The position numbers and the translations under genes were made by a program. From the NCBI GenBank assembly GCA_951406725.2, contig OX597819.1, forward strand, positions 126,170,001 through 126,234,000: a stretch of 64,000 nucleotides of DNA. Reading direction: 5' to 3'. Every line of letters begins with the position of its first letter. Within the stretch, counting starts at the first letter, position 1. This DNA is from Octopus vulgaris. Lineage: Eukaryota. Of this stretch, positions 55,316 through 64,000 are shown piece after piece. A model generated the notes under the pieces. It did no database searches. It saw only the letters and a program-made list of their open reading frames with translations, and was not told the DNA's origin.

Positions 55316-57634
55316 TGCTTCGGATCGCTATTTTGTTTCTCAAGACAGTACTGTTTTCTCCCTTACCACTGGCAGTTCTGTGTCAAATAAAAGAAAAGGC
55401 AAAGCAAGCTACGGACATTGATACACACTTACAAACATCCATCCATTCATCCATCCATCCACCCATCCATCCATCCATCCAACTATGTGAATATGTATGT
55501 GTGTTTGTGTGTGTGGATGTGTGTATAAATTCTTTTCTATCCATCATGAATTCCTTTCGTTTTTGTAAGAACAAACTGGTGTTATTTTCATCCTGAAATC
55601 GTAGGCAAACATCCACATAATACACGTTGAGATAGCTTAATAGATTGTATATTTTAAACGAAAAAGTTTTTCTTTTTTCATTATACATAATTCATATTAC
55701 AAACGTTAGCAAAAGACATGATTTTCTTAAAACGAAGGTAGAGGAAGATCATTTTTTTTTTACAAAATGAGCGCTATAACATCATAACAGCGCTACACTG
55801 CAACACACAGTTCATCATGGCATCAAATATATAGTTTACACCTGTACGATATTTAAGTGAAATGCCGGTTTTAAGGATATCACTCCACTAAATCACGCGA
55901 ATTTAGAAGATATTTTGACTTTCTACCATCTTTCTTTTTCTAACAGACGCAAGACTATTCACTAATATACTCTTAAACACACTCTTTACGGCTCCTTTTT
56001 CTTGCTATCTCTCTCTCCTCTCTTGCTTTCAAAATATTTCTCTACAACCTTTCTCCTTCCTACAGAATGTATGTGTGTGTGTGTGTTTGTGCGTGTGTAT
56101 GTCTGTGTATTTGTGTGTGCATGTGTGTGTTAGAAAGGGGAGAGGGAGAGAAAGAAACCAGTCTTTGAATGATGAAAACGTAAGTATAGAAACAGACATA
56201 CGCACACATACATACATAAATATGTGTATGTATGCATATATGTACAATGCACAGTTTCCTACGACAAAATTTCGCTAAAACATCCCGGGCCTATAGAAGT
56301 CGATACTAGCCCATGTTACCACACCTTTGGGCGTCTCCGAAAACACGTTTGCAAAGGCACACACCTGACGGGCATCTGCACAGCTCTCATTTTCTACATT
56401 CCATTCACAAGGTATCGGTCAACACGAAGTTGTATATGAAATAAAACAGTTAAAAGCAGGCAGTCCCGCTGCATATTTTCTCTTCTGTCAGATGGCGTGT
56501 GTCTAACGCAAACTATATAACTCAATTTTTTGTTCCAATGAAATTTAAAGCAATAATTACTTTTAGACTTTGTATGTTTCTGTAGTAATTTTTTCCTTTT
56601 CTGTTTACAAAGCTGATCTCTAAATAGCGACCTCCACCACCTTTTCTCTCGTGTTAAGCAGTTCATAACAAATACTACAATATAGTGATTCCCGAAAACC
56701 TAAGATGTGGGGTGGTTAATTCAACATTGAATACACACAGGACAATGGAGGCATGTAGACAACATCGTAAGAGGTCATACGAGACTTTAATGATCTTCCA
56801 GCAAGGAGAGTTCCATTTGAGTAGTCATCCATGAAGTATACAATGTGTTTGTGCGTGTAAATTTTTTTGGCTTCACTACTTTTTTCCTCTTCATAGGCTC
56901 TTGTTTGTTTTTGTCTTTTTTTAAATATATTTTTTTTTAATGTTGGACTCATTCAACTCTTCACCAGTCAAGAGTTTTTTCAGCAGTTTATAAAGAGAAC
57001 CCGTTGACTTCGAACGTGTCCCCTCCCCTCGTTCAAATTACGAAATCGAAAGTATGTTTGTACTTGCTCTATTTTGACGAATGCCACATGGTGCGTGACG
57101 CGGGCGAGCCAAGCGATTCGCCAATGCATTTGAAATATTTTCTTTTACTTCCGTCCTTAACATGCTTCGGGGGAGAAAATGTAAACAGTGAAACATAATA
57201 ATAATAATGAAATTATTAGGCATAGTGCTCAGGTGCACTACAACTTATAAAAGGTGCATGTGCAATACATAGAATTATGTACAAAAGTCAGGAAAGTGAA
57301 CAGTGTGTGCATGCGTATGAAGGTGGGGGATATCAGGTGTAGTGTTGGAGAATTTCAGGAACCATGGAGGTTTTAAAGGATGCAATGTCTCGGCAGATAT
57401 AATATACGTAGACAAAAAATCCTGATCCATTGAAATTATCCAGACAATTTGTAGACAAAAATCTCTCTCTTGGAATATTCAAAAGAGCTAAAAACAAGAG
57501 AAATAACTCCAATTAGATCAGTTGATGGCAATTTCTGGACAATGGTTTTCTCCTTACATGAATATAGGGATCGCGGACCAATTGATCATAAACATTACTT
57601 CCATGACTATCACGTTCTTTTATCAGGTCCTGTA

Positions 57635-57890
57635 TACCTAGATACATATTATCCAATGGATATCTCTATTATTTTCCAAAAGTGTAGCCTGCGATTTTAT
57701 GGAGATTTCGCTGCTAGTTTTACCTAGATACATATTACTCAATGGATCTCTTTATTATTTTCCAAAAGTGTAACCTGCGATTTTATGGAGAATTCGCTGC
57801 TAGTTTTACCTAGAAACATATTACCCAATGGATCTCTATTTTTTTCCACAAGTGTAGTCTGCGATTTTATGGAGAATTCGCTGCTATTTT
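57635..57890. repeat. Tandem repeat, 3 x 86 bp
   Basis: tacctaga.acatatta at 57635, 57721 and 57807. Confidence 0.93.
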
Positions 57891-58339
57891 TAAAAGTTCG
57901 ATTTTCAACATAGAGCTTCTTTGATTGGTTTCTTATAGTTTCGGATTTATGCTTTGGTTAGAAAAATAAAAAAAGGCTTTTTGTATGTAGGTAGGTGTAC
58001 TGCGTTAAAATTCTGCTAGCAACCGTATGGCGCTACGATAGCCACAAAATAAACATTTACCTGTCCGAAACGTTTGTATATCCTTCCTGCTCATTGTGAA
58101 AAGCATACGAACTTAAAAACCTCTGTATTTTACCGTTATTAACATTCTTGGTGTTGTTATTCGCTCACCTTTTGGCACCGCCAGCTTCTTGTTGCATTTC
58201 GCTTTACAGTGCATTCATTTAGAAATTTAATATGTCAACACGAACTATTATTAAAGCACTGATCACACTAACACAAATATGTGTGTATACATACATACAT
58301 ACATACATACATACATACATACATACATACATACATACA

Positions 58340-58435
<96 letters not shown>

Positions 58436-58543
58436 CTTTATTTTAAGCAGCAGAAAATTCAACAAAATCTGTTACTCTGAGTTTCTCGTTGCCGTTCATC
58501 AGAGTAACAGATTTTGTTGAATTTTCTGCTGCTTAAAATAAAG
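58436..58543. mobile_element. Fold-back with 45-bp perfect arms and an 18-nt spacer containing a hammerhead core; tail to 58614; (TA)n on both sides
   Basis: Minus strand across the loop: CUGAUGA acggcaacga GAAAC UCAGA GUA acag. Confidence 0.9.
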
Positions 58544-58612
58544 CATATTACTCTACCACTGGTATTTGAGTACTCTTTTTTCCACCTTGTTTCACATTTA
58601 TGTGTTTACTCC

Positions 58613-58739
<127 letters not shown>

Positions 58740-58850
58740 CTTAGAATAACTTAGAAAGGTTTTGGCCAGTATTGGCCCAGGTCATGTCTAACTTAATATA
58801 TATATATATGTATATAAACATACATACACATGTATGTATGTATATATATG

Positions 58851-58896
<46 letters not shown>

Positions 58897-58898
<2 letters not shown>

Positions 58899-59200
58899 GG
58901 TGGCATTCTGTTGGTTACGACGACATGGGGGGTGTTCCAGTTAATACGATCAACTGCTTCTGAAATTAACGTGTAAATGGCTGAGCACTCCACAGACACG
59001 TGTACCCTTAATGTAGTTCTCGGGTAGATTCATTAGTGACACAGAATGTGAAAAGGCTCAAAAATGAGTAGTAGCACCATTTGGCTTACAGGTACCACTC
59101 ATTTTGGGGCAGCTGAGTGAACTGGAGCAACGGGAAATGAAGTGTCTTGTTCAAGGTCACAATGTGTCACCGAGAATCGTATTTACGACCTTACGATCGC
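58897..59200 (-). mobile_element. Older SINE (family D); related copy at about 42570-42850
   Basis: Minus strand ttgtgaccttgaacaagacacttcatttcccgttgctccagttcactcagctg follows a decayed tRNA-like head. Confidence 0.65.
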
Positions 59201-59269
59201 GAACCGAATACCGTAGCGACTCTAGTCACGCACGAGCTTCGACCAATAACAACACACACGCACAAACAT

Positions 59270-59642
59270 TCTTTTATTTGTCTCAGTCCTTTGACTGCAG
59301 CCATGCTGGAGCACCACCTTGAATGGGTTTTTAGTGGAACAAGTCGATCCTCCCCCCAAGTTATTTTTTAAAGCCTAGTGCTTATTCTATCGGTCTCTTT
59401 TGCCGAGCCGCTAAGTTACAGGGACGTAAAAACATCAATACCGGTTGTCAAGTGGTAGTGGGGAACAAACACAAACACTAACACACACATAGATACCCCA
59501 GACGCACACACACATATACGCACACACACATATACACACAAATATATATATATATACGACGGGCTTCCCTCAGTTTCCGTCTATCAAATCCACTCACGAG
59601 GCTTTGGTTGGCCCGAAGCTACAGTAGAAGACCCCTTCCAAG
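59270..59642 (-). mobile_element. SINE-A, diverged and 5'-truncated
   Basis: Family match. Confidence 0.87.
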
Positions 59643-60110
59643 ACATCAAAATGCTTCGTGGTATATCCTGGAAGTATATTTATATAACATTCGACAGATA
59701 TTGTATTATTAGCTAGGATTCATTCAACCTCAACGAATGGCCTAGAAAGTTACATATTTACGTAAGCTAAAAATATATGTTGCGGGATGGAGACTTTAGT
59801 CAAACTTATTGAAGAAATTTACACACACACAAACACACGTGAACACACATACACATGTATATATATTATATTATATTATATTATATTATATTATAGTCAT
59901 ACTTCTTAGAGTCGTTAATCTGCAGCAAATGTGTAGTATCCACTTTAAAAGTTTTAGTTGATGGTAAGGACGGAATACTTGATGTTGTTTAGTACTAGGT
60001 CATCAAAGATGAACCCGTGATGAAATTCTTTCGAGCCGAGACGATCAACAATATCTTGTGTTTTATGTACTATAAAAACAGTATGGCGAAATTGCGGATG
60101 GATTTAGCAG

Positions 60111-60416
60111 TTGTTGTTGTTTGTACCTTCTCGAGCCATGCCTGGCTCATAAGGGCCGGTTTCCCGGTTTCTTAGCGTATAGGTTCCCCACCTGGACGGG
60201 ACGACGGTCTGTCACAGGTGAGCTGCAAGATGTAGGAGGAATGAGTAAGGGAAAGTTGTGGCGAAAGAGTCAGCAGAAGTTTCGCCATTACCTTCTGCCG
60301 GAGCCGCGTAGAGCTTAGGTGTTTCGCTCATAGACACACACATCGTCCGGTCTGAGATTCTAACCCGCGGGTCCTCAACCGCGAGTCCGCTGCTCTAACC
60401 ACTAGGCCATGTGCCT
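60111..60416 (-). mobile_element. SINE-C, tRNA-derived, with (AAC)n tail and TSD tagcagtt
   Basis: Minus-strand head ggcacatggcctagtggttagagcagcggactcgcggttgaggacccgcgggttagaatctc carries A and B boxes. Confidence 0.8.
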
Positions 60417-60946
60417 AGCAGTTAGATTTAGCAAGTCGTGTAACTACATAGAAGTGTAAATACTTAGTGGCTCTTATCGATCTAAGACGATTTTTTTCTG
60501 GTGGTTATAATACCGGTTTCGTAAGGGGATAAAGGTATGGTCTACTTAACTAAAACGTAAAGAGACGTAACTGAATACCAATGGTACTATCTCAGTTACG
60601 TATGTATGTATATAGATATACACACCAGCACACCCACATACATATTTGTGCATGTGCACGTGTGTATGTCTCTATAGATGTGTATATTTATGTGTCTTTA
60701 TATATGTATATGTGTGTGTGTGTGTGCACCTGTGTATGTGCGTGCATATTGACAAATTAGAGATATGATAACTAGAAGCCTACTACTGGTGGCCAATTAC
60801 AACAGTACAACTTGTGCACGATCAGGCGTTCCATGATTAAGCCGGCAACCGAACAACAAGCCTACAGAATAAAAAACAAATACAAAGAGAACAAAACTTG
60901 ACAAAGAGCGGGTGGGACTAGGTGAGTCAACGATCATCTAATATAT

Positions 60947-61180
60947 ATATTTCTTTACTAGCCACAAGGGGCTAAACACAGAGGGGACAAACAAGGACAG
61001 ACAAAGGGATTAAGTTGATTATATCGACTCCACTGCGTAACTGGTACTTAATTTATCGACCCCGAAAGGATGAAAAGCAAAGTCGACCTCGGCGAATTTT
61101 GAACTCAGAACGTAGCGGCAGATGAAATACCGCTAAGCATTTCGCCCGGCGTGCTAACGTTTCTGCCAGCTCGCCGCCTT
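60947..61180 (-). mobile_element. SINE-B, full length, 16-bp TSD acgatcatctaatata
   Basis: TSD on both sides. Confidence 0.93.
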
Positions 61181-61541
61181 ACGATCATCTAATATAATGA
61201 TTCTCAAACCTTATTGCCCTTAGACTCTTTTGCTTCTTATTTGACTCTATTAGCCCGTCTTCATCTTGCCAGTCAATGTTTAAAAAAAACTCCCATTATA
61301 TTTTTGTAATCAGATATTACTGAGAGTTGTATAAATTAGTAAAATACATTGTTTTGAAGAAGTATAACCAGTTTAATGTACAAAATCATATTTGAACCCT
61401 CAGGTCAAACTGAACCTGGTTGACAATCACGGATCTAATAGTATGTATAAATGCATGTGTCTGTGTGGGTGCGCGCGCGTGTGTATATATGCATATATAT
61501 GCCTGTATATATATATGCATGTATATGTATATGTATACATA

Positions 61542-61608
<67 letters not shown>

Positions 61609-61689
61609 ATATATATATATATATATCGTTATGATAGATCGTTAGCCACTACACATTTTTTTCTCTCCTTGTTTTTTCTTCTGTGTCTC

Positions 61690-61723
61690 TCTCTGTAGAA
61701 GAGCGTAGGCTCGAAATGTAAAA
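61690..61723 (+). ncRNA. Hammerhead-like motif with variant core CUGUAGA, in (TA)n-flanked unit 61627-61818
   Basis: ucu CUGUAGA a gagc guag gcuc GAAAU GUA aaa. Confidence 0.5.
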
Positions 61724-61813
61724 GACTTTTTCTATTCCTGAGCGTTATACTAATACATCTGTTTGTTTTGTACACCACCTGTCTTCGTCTTTTGTTTTTT
61801 TTTCGTAAAATCT

Positions 61814-61866
<53 letters not shown>

Positions 61867-62019
61867 GGTATATTCTGTTAAGAACGTAGCAGAGAACAAT
61901 ATAAAGCTTGTCCACTTTCAGATTTCACCTTGTGCCTTTCAGTAGTAGTACCATACGTACTTTCAGGCTTGCGTTTGAGCATCTGTAGTATGTGAATAGA
62001 AGGAGTACAGTTGAACATC

Positions 62020-62298
62020 TATTTTTCAGCCACTACAATTGTTTCTGCGCAACATAGTTGTCCAGGCGTGCAGGTACTCGATTATGCAATCGTTTCCCTG
62101 CATTATGAGATCTATATGTGTTTCCTCAGGCGATATTTATATATTGTCTCCGTAAGTTGAAATTACGGAGACAGTATTTACATACCTCATGAAGAAACAC
62201 AGCTAGATCTCATAATGCAGGGAAACGGTTGCATAATCTAGTACCTGCACACCTGGAGAACTACGTTGTGTAGAAAGAATTGTAGTGGTTGAAAAATA
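62020..62298. mobile_element. Diverged fold-back, arms of about 135 bp, degenerate hammerheads near both outer ends, left tail from 61864
   Basis: Centre tgtctccgtaa gttgaaa ttacggagaca. Right arm cac CUGGAGA..GAAAG AAUU GUA gug (62250-62287); left arm minus strand GAAAC AAUU GUA gugg. Confidence 0.85.
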
Positions 62299-62349
62299 AA
62301 TATCCAGCCGTACTCCTTGTTGACTCCAAATCTTTTCAATTATATATGT

Positions 62350-62560
62350 GTGTGTATGCGCGTTTGTCCCCACATCACCGCTTGACAACCGATGTTAGTG
62401 TATTTATATCCCCATAACTTAATGGCTCAGCAAAAGTGACAAATATAATAAGTGCTGGGCTTAAAAATAAGTCCTGGGGTTGATTTGATCGACTAAAACC
62501 CCTAAAGGCGGTACTCCAGCATGGCTGCAGTCAAATGACTGAAACAAGTAAAAGAAAAAA
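62350..62560 (+). mobile_element. SINE-A 3' half
   Basis: Family match. Confidence 0.85.
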
Positions 62561-62568
62561 AAATAAAG

Positions 62569-62615
<47 letters not shown>

Positions 62616-62869
62616 GCATGTGTATGTGTATTTACGTATGTACATCTCTGTCTATACAATGGCATGTATGTGTGCATGTATGTGTAAATGCGTTTGTATG
62701 TTTACATAGGGGTTTGTGTAATTCTCCTTTCATAATTTTGGGGTTATATAGAGTGTTTTAGAAATAGATTTGATGTCTTTTGTGACGCAATAAGGCGACA
62801 GTTTAGGTGTAGACATCAAACAAAGGACTGTTGTCGCTAAGTTCAAGTAGTTAATTGGTATTAAACAGC

Positions 62870-63340
62870 TGTAGTGAATCCTTTAACGATTGAATGACAG
62901 AGATACCCCTGAGTGATTTTAACTTCATACAGGGCTTGAAATCGCACTTATTTTATCAACGTCCATAAGTTGAAAGGCAAAGTCGAGTTCAGCAGCATTT
63001 GAAGTTCAGAACGGGAAGAGCCGGAATAAATGCTCCCAAGCATTCTATCTACCTCAACGAATAGCCGACGAGTTCACGCTTTTGCCAGCTTTCCGACTTA
63101 ACAATAACAACAACAACAACAACAATAATGGTTTCAAATTTTGGCACAAGGCCAGCAATTTCAGGAGTGGGAATAAGTCCATTACATCGATACCAAGGTG
63201 CTTACATGGTACTTATTTTATCGACTCCGCAGCAATGAATGGCGAAGTCGACCCCTGCGGAATTTGAACTCTGAACGTAAAGACGGATGAAATGCCGCTA
63301 AGCATTTCACCCGAAGTGCTGACGATTACACCACCTCAAT
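62870..63340 (-). mobile_element. Two SINE-B-related copies, the second with the alternative tail and (AAC)n
   Basis: aaaggcaaagtcga and ggaatttgaactc motifs; ttggcacaaggccagcaattt. Confidence 0.8.
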
Positions 63341-63425
63341 AACAATAATCCTTTCTTCTATAGGCACAATTGTTGTAATTTAGTGAACCATTCGTATACC
63401 CATCTGTGCAAAAATATATATTATA

Positions 63426-63526
<101 letters not shown>

Positions 63527-64000
63527 CTATATATATATGTATATATATATATATATATATAACTATATATATATATATATATAATTATATATATATATGC
63601 ATGTGTGTGTAGTGTAGTGTGTGTGTATGTGTGTGTGTGTGTCTGTGTACTTGGAAATAGATACGTGGTGTTCAATAAAATAATAAATAGTAAATAATAT
63701 ATGGTATGTATATATACTATATATATCGTCGGTTTCCCTGTATGTCTCCACTGTCCTGTTTTTGTTCCCAGTTTTGACCTTCCATAAGTACTGAATATTA
63801 TTTTAGAATTTAGTGGAGCAGCTGTCTCTGATGACTCATATTGTCGTTGAATGCTCGAAATGAGGAGTAGATAGACAACCGACAACTGATGGAGAGCTAT
63901 TTCTCTGTCTTTACTTGTCCTGTTCTCCATTCTTTTGTTGTTTAAGTATTTAACCCGTTTGTTCAAGTATTTCATAATGATGTCTGAACCGTCGGTGATG

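Noticed and set aside
60345-60416. tRNA-like sequence
   Set aside because: SINE head with imperfect cloverleaf, followed by body, tail and TSD.

Overview
Repeat-saturated, AT-rich eukaryotic DNA. The SINE repertoire and the extreme (TA)n/(CA)n/(TATG)n density point to an octopus (coleoid cephalopod) intron or intergenic region; this is inferred from repeat content. No intact protein-coding gene is visible, and nearly all listed ORFs are translations of microsatellites or SINEs. Recognisable decayed elements: two Penelope-like elements (PLEs, RT + GIY-YIG), CRE-clade and R4/Dong-clade REL-endonuclease LINE fragments, an RTE LINE, two Tc1/mariner remnants, non-autonomous Helitrons, a TTAGGG-containing MITE and about 30 tRNA-derived SINE copies. 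The most striking signal is more than ten non-coding fold-back (inverted-repeat) units, most of them embedded in (TA)n arrays. They typically show one short arm and one arm with an extra tail. Several carry minimal type I hammerhead ribozymes that point outward from the fold-back centre. The largest is a near-perfect 1-kb inverted duplication (21177-23334) with a hammerhead near each outer end and captured host DNA inside. The best reading is a microsatellite-targeted, ribozyme-tagged, non-autonomous PLE system that can duplicate host DNA as hairpins.
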